Assembly (NCBI GenBank): GCA_963824835.1
Contig: CAWGRA010000007.1
Coordinates: 70,464-134,463 of the forward strand
From: Terriglobia bacterium
GTDB lineage: Bacteria > Acidobacteriota > Terriglobia > Terriglobales > Acidobacteriaceae
Reading direction: 5' to 3'
Length of the DNA stretch: 64,000 nt
Notes under the pieces: model-generated
Seen by the model: only the letters and a program-made list of their open reading frames with translations
Database searches by the model: none
What the model was told of the DNA's origin: nothing
In this document: positions 40,431 through 49,701 of the stretch, one piece after another
How positions within the stretch are numbered: position 1 is the first letter of the stretch
How the letters are laid out: every line of letters begins with the position of its first letter
Made by a program: the position numbers and the translations under genes

Positions 40431-41756
40431 TTATGGACACGTCAATGGTCCGAACGGAGTCGCGGATGTTGTAAGGGCTTTAGTGTTCGGATAGCTGAAC
40501 GCTCCCCCAATCGCATCAGACGTTCCCGTCTGTTCGAACCATTGCAGCAAAGCCTCGGTTTGTGGATGGAAGGTATGTCCCCCGGTTCTGATGGTGACAA
40601 TCGGATTTTTCAGGACTTCTACAGGATCGCCGGTTTCCAGATTTGCTTGACAGGTCCCTGGAGAGTTGGGGAACTGCCACGCCGGAACGGCATTGTTGAC
40701 AAAGGGATCGTCAAATGCCTCAGAGATCTCATGGCTCAGTGCGGTGACGTCCTGGAAGCCGCCACCGAATGTGCCCGGAGAAATCCAGCTGGCAAAGCAA
40801 AGAGCCAGCGGGACTCTCTGGGCGTGCCGCCGTCAGTAAAGTAGGTGTGGAAGCCGAGAACGCAGCAGACGCCGGGACCGCCGGAGCTGTTCAGGGAAAA
40901 CAGAAAAGTATTCGGGAACAGCGCCATGTTCATAGCGTTGGTACTGAAACGGTTGGCATTGATTTCGTTCACCACTATGTTAAAGATCTGCTGATTGAAA
41001 AAAGAATCCAGCAGCAATACGACCGTCTTACCGTTAGCTGCTGGTGCTGGTGAAGTAGGTCCTCACCTGGTCTTCACGCCATTCAGCGTCACGGTGACAA
41101 AGCGCGGCACCCTGATCGTAAGATGATCAACCACGCCGCAGGGAGAAAGGGCCGTATGCCATGACGGTTTCATGTAATGAAAGAATTCGGCCCGCTGCAC
41201 GGCGTCAGCAAACTGAATTTGCTATCCGCTGGTATAGTTTGCCATCTGGAAGTTGGGCGACTCAGCGTGGGCCCGACAAAAGGCAGCACTGAAACTGTGG
41301 TGAAGGTAACCAGGTCAGCGTTCTGGAGTTGCAGGGTAACGGTAACGATGCGGGCGGGAATGCTTGTAGTTCCGCCGGCAACCGGGTCATGGCCCATCAT
41401 GGTGAATGGCCACGTTTTTCCGCGGCTAAAAAATGCACCTTGAAAGTTCTGCACGGAGATCACATTCCTGACTGATAGGCGATAGGTTCGGTCCTGCGAC
41501 AGAGGACATGGGAACTCCAGGGTGGCTGAGAAAATCAGGATGCGCATGAATGGAGAGTGGCTGTTACGTGTTCATATCTGGGCGAGACCTGTGAAGTAAA
41601 AGGCGCGTCCTGAAGGCGGGAAAAATCGTTTGCGGTTTGGGCAACAGCGGCGGTAGCGGCTGCAAACGAGGAAGAGCGTTCCGATAGCGAGACATGCTTT
41701 TCGACTGCGCACAAGAACTCCTTAGGTTGCCCGCGTTGTCGCGGACCGAAAAGCAT
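40431..41756 (-). pseudogene. Hypothetical secreted protein, heavily frame-disrupted (at least 4 breaks); family not recognised
   Basis: Minus-strand fragments 41535-41756, 41170-41547 and 40736-41017, plus a terminal segment ending ...QWFEQTGTSDAIGGAFSYPNTKALTTSATPFGPLTCP. Confidence 0.4.
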
Positions 41757-41835
41757 GCCTTCAACACTACCCTAATAAAGGATGGCGCAAATCCAGCGAG
41801 AGAAGAGAATTTCGATCTAAGCAGCTTGTGTTAAG

Positions 41836-43219
41836 GTGAACAGAGAGGCTGCTCAATCGTCACGGCGATTGCATCCAAGTTCTAGGCCATGGCAAGCGAA
41901 GCATCCACTGGACCCATCCCGTAGCTTTAACTGGCGGATCCTCCGCGGCCCTCTCGTGATCGTAATTATCAGCTTTTCTTTATTGGCCAACTTCATCTCC
42001 TTAATCGGCACATGGATGGACCAAGTGGCTGAATCCTGGCTGGTTTACCCGGCTTACCGGTTCAGCTCTGCTTGCTGGGGACAGTGGCCTTCGCCAGCCA
42101 GATTCCCGTGTTCCTGCTGGCTCCAGTGGGAGGCACAATCGCTGACCGCCATAACCGGCGCAATATTCTGGTGATTACCCAATCCAGCCAGATGGTAATC
42201 AGCGCTCGCGCTGGCCGGACTGATCTTACCCACATCGTTACCGTGTGGCAGATCATCGCGCTCTGCGACGCTGGGTGGAATCGTGAATGCCTTTGACATT
42301 CCGGCGCGCCAGGCTTTTGTGGTGGACATGGTGTCACGCCAGGACCTGGTCAACGCCATCGCACTGAATCCTCGATGTTTAACGGCGCTCGCGTGATTGG
42401 ACCGGCGGCCAGCGGAATAGTCGGTTGCGGCCATAGGCGAGGGCTGGTGTTTTTTCGCCAACGGAATCAGCTTCATCGCCGTGATTGTTTGTCTGCTGAT
42501 CATGACGATTGATCGTCCCCGCACCAGACTCTCAGGCTCGCCGGTGCAAAACGTGATTGAAGGTTTTAAATTTGTGGGCGGCACAGGTCCCGTACGCGCC
42601 TTAATGATGCTGCTTGGACTTGTCAGCTTCACCGCCATGCCTTACGCGGTGCTTATGCCGTTTTTTGCGGATCAGCTGCTTCATGGTGGCCCAAGAGCTT
42701 TGGGAATCCTGATGGGCTGCTCCGGGGTGGGGGCATTATGTGGAGCGGTCACGCTGGCCATGAGAAAAACCATTAAAGGCCTTGGCACCTGGGTGGCTGC
42801 GGCGTGTTCCAGCTTCGGTGTAGCGTTGATTTTGTTTTCCTTTTCGCGCGCCCTCTGGCTCTCCGCGGTCCTGTTGGTACCTGTCGGGTTCTTCGTGATG
42901 ATCCAGATGGCATCATCCAACACGCTGATTCAAAGCATGGTGCCTGACCAGCTTCGCGGACGCGTGATGGCGGTTTACTCCATGATGTTTATGGGCATGG
43001 CGCCTTTTGGCGCGTTGACGGCCGGCAGCATCGCCCACAACATCGGCGCACCCTGGACGGTTGCGATGGGCGGGATCGTCTCTGTGATCGGCGGTATCTT
43101 CTTTGGGCTGCGCTGGCCGCGTATGCGTTCAACGCGCGCGCGAACTCATTGTGGCCCAGCAGATGACAGGCGGAGCTCCCGCACAGGAAACCACCTCAGA
43201 GATCATCGTGAAGGCTTAG
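41836..43219 (+). CDS. MFS transporter (EntS/DUF894-like), at least 5 frame corrections
   Basis: ISLIGTWMDQVAESWLVY, FASQIPVFLLAPVGGTIADRHNRRNILV, and intact fragment 42481-43287 with 6 TM segments. Confidence 0.7.
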
Positions 43220-43272
43220 TTGAAGCTGCCGGCCGAACCAGTTTTGTGAGTTTTATAGTTGAGGCAGGAGTT

Positions 43273-43713
43273 TTACGCAGGCGATGATATGTGCTCGTGG
43301 ACAATGCGCAGGCTGCCATCCTCATAACGGACAAAAACATGCGTTACCCGCGCATTCTCCAGGTGTTCTTCCAGGTCCGTGTGGCCCGAGGCGGAAAGCT
43401 TTGCCACCTGTTCAGCATGCATCTTTAAAATATAGGCGGCTACGGCGCAATTTGGCCCCAATATCTCCACGTCAATGTTCCCGACCTCAATCTGCATCTT
43501 CGCGCTGCTGGAGAGATATTCACGCTGGCGGCGCAACACAATCAGCCTTGCCGGTTCCGGACGCTTGCTGGCAGTTCCGAATACCAGCGCAACGTCAGCG
43601 TAATAACTCTGCCATAGCTGCGATTTTTTGGCGGCGAAAGACTTCCAGTAATCGCGCACGGCGGATTCAACCTCAACGGCAGTGAGGTCCCTGGGTAAAT
43701 TGTCTGGGCACAT
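43273..43713 (-). CDS. SnoaL/NTF2-like (DUF4440-type) protein
   Basis: AVEVESAVRDYWKSFAAKKSQLWQSYYADVALVFGT...RVTHVFVRYEDGSLRIVHEHIS. Confidence 0.55.
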   Translation of the reverse strand: MCPDNLPRDLTAVEVESAVRDYWKSFAAKKSQLWQSYYADVALVFGTASKRPEPARLIVLRRQREYLSSSAKMQIEVGNIDVEILGPNCAVAAYILKMHAEQVAKLSASGHTDLEEHLENARVTHVFVRYEDGSLRIVHEHISSPA

Positions 43714-43755
43714 ATTGCTATGCAATGTACTCCACACACGTCCACTGCACAACGC

Positions 43756-44271
43756 CTAAGCTGCCGCCTGTTCCATTTTCTTCAACAGCGCAATCTGTCC
43801 TGCGTGATACAGAGCGTGTTGCGTCATCCCGTGGAACAGATGATAGAAATCATAAGCCCGGCCAGGAACCGTATCTTCCAGCCGCTTGGCATCAAAGTTC
43901 TCGATAGCCTCGGCCAGCTTCTGGTTCACCTGGAATAACCGTTCTTTGGCTGCCTTGAACGCAGCTTCAGTTTGATCGGCGATCCTGGGAAAGTCCTGCT
44001 CCGGAAGCATGGGCTTTGGCATGGCAATCCCGGAGATCGCGGCGATGGCCACATTTTCCCATGCCTCAATATGAAGCATCAGTTCCCAGATGGAATGCGC
44101 GGAAGCGATCGGGCGGGCCGCGGCTTGTGTTGCACTTACTTCCGAAAGTAATTCTCCAACGGCAGGTCCGTGCCACGCGTTACCTTCAAAAGCGCGATGA
44201 AGCTGGTCACCCATGCGCATGCACTCGTTTCTCATGACGATCATGATTACAGGACGTTCGGGAATCTTCAA
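43756..44271 (-). CDS. DinB-family four-helix-bundle protein
   Basis: FEGNAWHGPAV...HSIWELMLHIEAWE...LFHGMTQHALYHAGQIALL (His triad pattern). Confidence 0.75.
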   Translation of the reverse strand: MKIPERPVIMIVMRNECMRMGDQLHRAFEGNAWHGPAVGELLSEVSATQAAARPIASAHSIWELMLHIEAWENVAIAAISGIAMPKPMLPEQDFPRIADQTEAAFKAAKERLFQVNQKLAEAIENFDAKRLEDTVPGRAYDFYHLFHGMTQHALYHAGQIALLKKMEQAAA

Positions 44272-44333
44272 GCTGGCGCTTAACTGGTGCTCGCCGAGCG
44301 ATAGAGCAGATTCCTCACTGCGTTACTAATCGC

Positions 44334-44373
44334 AAAAAAGGAAAAGCCCCGCTCACAACATGCAAGCAGGGCT
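44334..44373 (-). terminator. Rho-independent terminator after the acyl-CoA dehydrogenase gene
   Basis: On the minus strand: agccctgct-loop-agcggggct followed by tttccttttttg. Confidence 0.65.
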
Positions 44374-44397
44374 CAAGTTGGTCTTTCGATTGTGACT

Positions 44398-46196
44398 TTA
44401 GGCAATCACGTACTTGCCGGCATCCAGCACCCGGTTCGCGATCTGCTGCGTGAGGCCGATGGTATTGAATGGCTCGTACTTGAACAAGCGACGAAGGATG
44501 ACCAGTTGAGTGCGCATCATGTCACCTTCGGCAATGGCCGCCAGCACCTTCTTCGCCGCCGACTCGATCTTGTCCATGGAATGCACAAGGCTCACTTGCG
44601 TCATGGCGATGGCATGTTGCGACTTGGCTTCGCCGTTACGCTCAATCAGCTTCTGCGTGCGCAGCACAGTTGAGTCCATGGCAAATGTTTCAATCACCAT
44701 GTCCGCAATTGTGCCCAGGATTTCCTGCTGATCGGCAATGGCATTCATGTATTTCTGGGCAGCCGAACCTGCAAGCATCAGCGTGGCTTTTTTGGCATTT
44801 GCCACCATCTGGCGTTCCGCTGAGAGATGGCCTTCCGGCGCCTCCGGGCTGGATCCGCTCATGATCTCATCCATCAGCTTTTTGATTGCCGGCATGAGCG
44901 CAAGCTGCCCGCTCATGGCACGCTTCAACAGCCATCCGGTGATGATCATGCGATTGATTTCGTTGGTGCCTTCGAAGATGCGGTTCACGCGCGAATCGCG
45001 ATACGCCCGCTCCGCCGGATACTCTTCCACAAAGCCGTAGCCGCCGTAAACCTGCACCGTCTCATCCACCACGTAATCAAGCATCTCCGATCCATAGACT
45101 TTCAGGATGGAGCATTCCACCGCGTACTCTTCAATACCCTTCGCGGTCTGCTTGTAAACGTCAGGAGCATTCTTATCGATCTCCGACATGGCGGCATCAA
45201 TCATGCCCGACGGTGCGGTATGACATTGATTCGCCGGTATAGATGAAGGTAGCCATGTTGGCCAGCTTCTCTTTGATCAGTCCGAACTCGCTCAGGCTCT
45301 TGCCAAAGGCCTTGCGCTGTTTGGCATAGCCAATCGAGTTGTTCAGAGCGTTACGTGCTCCGCCAACCACGCCGGCGCCCAGCTTATAACGACCAATGTT
45401 CAGGGTGTTGAACGCGATGACCGCTCCCTTGCCGATTTCGCCCAGCAGGTTTTCTTTGGGCACGCGGCAGTCATTCAGAATGATGGGCGTGGTTGACGAT
45501 CCGCGGATGCCCATCTTCTTTTCTTCCGCGCCGGATTGGAAGCCCGGAGAATTGCGTTCCACAATGAACGCGGAAAACTTCTCGCCATCAACCTTGGCGA
45601 AGATGATGTACACGTCAGCAAAGCCGCCGTTGGTGATCCACATCTTCTCGCCGTTCAGGATCCACTCTTTGCCGTCAGGAGAAAGCACGGCCTTGGTGCG
45701 CGGGTTCATGGCGTCTGAAGCCGAGGTTGATTCCGACAGGGCATACGCCGCCACCCACTCGCCGGAGGCCAGCTTGGGCAGATACTTTTTCTTCTGATCG
45801 GGCGTACCGAAATAAACGATGGGCAGCGTGCCAATGCCGACGTGTCCGCCAAAGGCCACGCTGAAGCTGCCGTTCACGGAGAGATGCTCAGCGATGATGG
45901 CCGACGCGATCTTGTCCATGTCCGATCCGCCGTAGGCTTCGGGAATATCCACGTTGCCAATGCCGATCTCACAGGCTTTGCGGATCAGTTCGCGCGTGAC
46001 GGCGAAATCCTTGTGCTCAATCTTTTCCACGTTGGGCAGGATTTCATTTTTGGCGAACTCCTGCGTTGTCTGCGCAATCTGCTGGTGCTCTTCGCTCAGG
46101 TCTTCCGGCGTGAACACCTGTTGCGGTGGTGTGCTCTTGAATCAGAAAGCTGCCGCCAACGAGCCTGGTTTTGTTTGGGACTGCTGCTGTTGCCAT
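44398..46196 (-). CDS. Long-form (~600 aa) acyl-CoA dehydrogenase (about 2 frame corrections)
   Basis: MATAAVPNKTRLVGGSFL. AYALSESTSASDA, WITNGGFADVY, IGRYKLGAG, YGGYGFVEEYPAERAYRDSRVNRIFEGTNEI. Confidence 0.85.
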
Positions 46197-46235
46197 GAAA
46201 TCTTCTCCTTTAGCCACTGAGGAACCAAAACTTAA

Positions 46236-46266
46236 CCACAGAGGACACAGAGGAACACAGAGGAAG
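46236..46266. repeat. CCACAGAGG / ACACAGAGG / AACACAGAGG tandem units (left arm of an inverted pair)
   Basis: Read directly. It begins immediately after the GxxExxY stop codon (46267-46269). Confidence 0.85.
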
Positions 46267-46706
46267 TCATTTCCAGTCTGTTCCTTCCACGAATCTCTTA
46301 ATACCGTCCTGCAAGTGCCGGACATGGAAATTAATCATGAGACCAACGTTTTTCTTGCTTAACCGCAAATACGAGATGACTTGCGCATCATGGACGCGGC
46401 GCCAATTTCTCAACACACTTAAATTCAACGATTACCAGATCGTTGACCAGAATATCGATTCGATAACCAAGATCAATCCGCGACGCCGTCATATACGACC
46501 GGCAGGTCCACTTGCGTCCTGCACATCGAAACCCACTCTTTCGCAATTCATACGCGAGACAAGCCTTCATAAGCGCTTTCCAGAAGACCAGGTCCAAGCG
46601 CAGAATGCACCTTCATCGCTGCACCCGATAATGGCCTGCCTGTTAAATACATTGATCGCGCTCTTCTCTCGGTGTTCCTCTGTGCCCTCTGTGGTGAAGA
46701 ACTCAT
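46267..46706 (-). CDS. GxxExxY family protein (PD-(D/E)XK-like), at least 4 frame breaks
   Basis: Reconstructed [16 protein letters not shown]...AAMKVHSALGPGLLESAYEACLAYELRKSGF...IDLGYRIDILVNDLVIVEFKCVEKLAP...MINFHVRHLQDGIKRFVEGTDWK. The ATG overlaps the thiolase TGA (ATGA). Confidence 0.7.
46663..46696. repeat. Right arm of the inverted CACAGAGG-unit pair (inside the GxxExxY 5' coding region)
   Basis: The reverse complement reads caccacagagggcacagaggaacaccgagagaag, compared with the left arm aaccacagaggacacagaggaacacagaggaag. Confidence 0.85.
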
Positions 46707-47885
46707 TGCACGTTCTCAATAATCCCCGCCGCACCCATGCCGCCACCAATACACATGGTCACAATGCCGTATTTGCCGTTTCGTCCGCTTCAACTCGCGG
46801 ATGATCGTTGCCGTCAGCTTGGCTCCGGTGCAGCCCAGCGGATGACCCAATGCCACCGCGCCGCCGTTCGGATTGATCTTGTTGATATCCAGTCCGGCTT
46901 CCTTGATCACTGACAATGCCTGCGCCGCGAAGGCCTCGTTCAATTCGAATACGGAAATATCTTCCAGTTTCAGCCCGGCCATTTTCAAAACTTTTGGAAT
47001 CGCATACACCGGACCCAGTCCCATCTCTTCCGGCTTGTAGCCTGCCGTAGCAAAAGCCACAAAACGCGCCAGAGGTTTGATGCCGAGCTGCTTCGCTTTG
47101 TCAGCTGACATCAGTACGCTGGCCGCCGCGCCGTCAGAGGTTTGCGAGGAATTGCCCGCCGTCACCGTTCCCTTGGCATGGAATGCCGGCCGCAGCGCGC
47201 TGAGAGCTTCCATCGTGGTATCGGCACGCGGGCCTTCGTCGACTTTGAAGGTGATGTCTATCCGTTTCGGCTTGGAGCCGTTGGGAGTGGTGAAGCTGAC
47301 AGGAACCGGCACAATTTCATCTTCGAACTTGCCGGCCTGGATCGCCGCCAGCGCTTTCTTATGGCTGTTCAGCGAAAACTCATCGGCCTGCTCGCGCGTG
47401 ATGCCAAAGCGCTTGGCCAGACGTTCCGCCGTAAGTCCCATGGAGAGATATGCGTCAGGATAGTTGCCCACCAGCCATGGATTGGCTGAAACCTTGTGGC
47501 CGCCCATGGGAATCATTGACATGGATTCAACGCCGCCGCCGATGGCGATCTCAGCGCGGCCGGCCATGATGGAATCGGCTGCCAGCGAGATCGCCTGCAA
47601 GCCTGACGAGCAGAAGCGATTGATCGTCATGGCGGAAACTTCCACCGGCAATCCCGCGCGCAATGACGCGATGCGGGCCACGTTCATTCCCTGCTCGGCT
47701 TCCGGCGTGGCGCAGCCGATGATGACATCTTCAATCTCTTTGGTATCAACCTGCGGCACGCGCTCCAGCGCGCCTTTGATCGCCGTTGCGGCCAGATCAT
47801 CGGGACGCGTGACACGCAACGTGCCTTTACCTGACTTGCCGACCGCCGTACGGACTGAACTTACGATGACTACATCTTTGCTCAT
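46703..47885 (-). CDS. Acetyl-CoA C-acyltransferase (thiolase), one frame correction near 46790
   Basis: [28 protein letters not shown] (active Cys), [22 protein letters not shown], and the shifted tail [21 protein letters not shown]. Confidence 0.9.
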
Positions 47886-47943
47886 GATTTGCTCCTGGCT
47901 GCTAGCTTCAGCCACTAGCCCCGCCCTTTCAGCGTTTATGCCG

Positions 47944-48025
47944 CCCCTTGCGGGGCTCAATTCTTTCTTACACTGACCCAGCGCTTACGCGCTGGGCTAA
48001 CTTCTCAACGCGCCTACGGCGCTGG
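47944..48025 (+). repeat. REP-like elements: hairpin gcccc-ttgc-ggggc, then cccagcgc-ttac-gcgctggg plus CTAAC and the tail ..cgcgcctacggcgctgg
   Basis: An uninterrupted copy of the element type that is split by IS481 copy B. Confidence 0.75.
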
Positions 48026-48066
48026 TTCGCTATCGCGAGACAACGGTGGTGCTTGCGAGAGTCCTT

Positions 48067-48285
48067 TCAACCGGCTTCAACAGAAACATATTCCACCTGG
48101 ACGCTTGGTTGAGGCACGGGGTCTCCTTGGGCCTTCATGCCTTCCAAATGGAATTCAATCCCTTCACGAATCAGTTTCTTGACTTCTTCAATAGTGGGCG
48201 CTGTGACACCTAAACCCTGCAAGTCTGGAACGTATGCTCCCCATCCGGTCACCGACCTTTCGTAAAGCACCGCAAACTGTTTCAT
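48067..48285 (-). CDS. hicB: HicB-family antitoxin (UPF0150), no adjacent hicA
   Basis: MKQFAVLYERSVTGWGAYVPDLQGLGVTAPTIEEVKKLIREGIEFHLEGM. Confidence 0.75.
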   Translation of the reverse strand: MKQFAVLYERSVTGWGAYVPDLQGLGVTAPTIEEVKKLIREGIEFHLEGMKAQGDPVPQPSVQVEYVSVEAG

Positions 48286-48305
48286 TCGGTTTGTGCCACC
48301 CCTCC

Positions 48306-49650
48306 GAGTGTGCGTGAGAACTAAGCTTTTACGCCACGAAACGGGCAGTTGTTCCTGAGTTGCGATTTGCTTGTCCGTCGTTCTTTCCTAAATGGCGGAG
48401 TTGTACATCCTAGTTATGTTGTAGGCTACGGCGGCCAGGGTAAACTCAGTCGCCACTCGCTCCAGTCCCCGCGATCGGAACTGCCGCATTCCCCGTTGTT
48501 GTTTCAGCACTCCGAACACCGGTTCCACAATCGACTTCCGCTTACGGTAGATCCGTTTGCCGGATGGACTTCGCAACTTCTGCCGCATCCGGCGGTGCTC
48601 CGCGTCGTGCAGATGCTTACTCTTGCCCATGCCCTGAGCCCGGCCTCGGCCCTTCAGTTCGTAACTTAGGTTTGCATCCGGCACGTAACCATCAATCCCT
48701 CGCTCCCGCAGACCATGCAGGTTGCGCAATGAGAAGAACCCAGTATCTGCGGTCACGATGCTAGCTTTTGCCCGGCATTGCCGTTCTACCTCATCCACCA
48801 TCGGCAACAGCGAATCATTGTCACTGGCTTGCTGGGTCACTCGTTGCGCCGCGATCAGATGGTCCTCGGTCACAGCGACTTCCGCCGAGTATCCCACCAC
48901 CCATCCTTCCCGTGTGCGCAAAAACCGCGCGTCGCCATCGCTGCTGGACTGCTGCCGCAAGCCGCTTTTGCGCAGCCGCTCCAGCCGCCGCGGAATATTT
49001 TCCAAACGACGCTCCAACTCCGCCACCTTCACCTGCATGCCGGCATTCTCATCCGGATCATCTCCATTGCAGGCCTGCTGCCACTGCCGGATCTTCCGTC
49101 GCAACCACGCCCGCTCTCGCCGCAGTCGCTCTTCAGTATCCATCCTCTCCCGCGACGCCGATGCTTTTACCCGGGTGGAATCTATGGCTACATGTCCCAG
49201 TCGACCCATGCCCAGACCTCTGGCCATCTCCAATACCTGGGTAAATACGTCGTTCAACGCCCGCCCGTGGCGGCGACGAAAAGCACTCAAGGCCCAGTTG
49301 TCTGGCGTTTCCCCGCCAGCCAGATAACGAAATGCCAAATCCTCCCTTATCCGTTGTTCCAGCCGCCGCCCCGACGTCATGCCCAGCGCATACCCATATA
49401 GCCAAACTTTCAACATAAGCGTCGGAGCATACAGCGCTCCTCCTTCCTCGCTGTAGGCTCTTTCAAACTCTTCTACATCTAGTCGCTCCACGACCCGATG
49501 AATAAAGAACGCCAGGTGGTTTTCTCCTAAAATATCCTTCACGTTCGGTGGTAGCAAGTACGCCTGGTCCGGGTTATAAGCCCGAAATCTTGTCATGCCC
49601 CTTTGTCGCTCATCTCTCGTTGGAAAACAAGTAAGTTCTCACGCACACTC
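48306..49650 (-). mobile_element. IS1182-family insertion sequence (~1.35 kb)
   Basis: 17-bp terminal inverted repeats: GAGTGTGCGTGAGAACT at 48306-48322 and its complement at 49634-49650. Single transposase ORF. Confidence 0.8.
48388..49596 (-). CDS. IS1182-family DDE transposase (intact, 402 aa)
   Basis: MTRFRAYNPDQAYLLPPNVKDILGENHLAFFI (InsH-type N-terminal domain). AIDSTRVKA, TADTGF, VEPVFGVLKQ. Confidence 0.85.
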   Translation of the reverse strand: MTRFRAYNPDQAYLLPPNVKDILGENHLAFFIHRVVERLDVEEFERAYSEEGGALYAPTLMLKVWLYGYALGMTSGRRLEQRIREDLAFRYLAGGETPDNWALSAFRRRHGRALNDVFTQVLEMARGLGMGRLGHVAIDSTRVKASASRERMDTEERLRRERAWLRRKIRQWQQACNGDDPDENAGMQVKVAELERRLENIPRRLERLRKSGLRQQSSSDGDARFLRTREGWVVGYSAEVAVTEDHLIAAQRVTQQASDNDSLLPMVDEVERQCRAKASIVTADTGFFSLRNLHGLRERGIDGYVPDANLSYELKGRGRAQGMGKSKHLHDAEHRRMRQKLRSPSGKRIYRKRKSIVEPVFGVLKQQRGMRQFRSRGLERVATEFTLAAVAYNITRMYNSAI

Positions 49651-49676
49651 TCCGGGGCTTCGCGTCGTTTTATCTT

Positions 49677-49701
49677 CCCAGGCCTTCCGGCCTGGGCTAA
49701 C
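49677..49701 (+). repeat. REP-like hairpin cccaggcc-ttcc-ggcctggg plus CTAAC, the 5' half of the element split by IS481 copy B
   Basis: The tail of the element (tcatttcgcgcctacggcgctgg) resumes at 50735 after the IS and the 6-bp duplication. Confidence 0.75.

Noticed and set aside
40317-40844. 175-aa plus-strand ORF
   Set aside because: It lies opposite the best-behaved C-terminal part of the minus-strand secreted-protein gene, which has its own terminator. It has no motifs.
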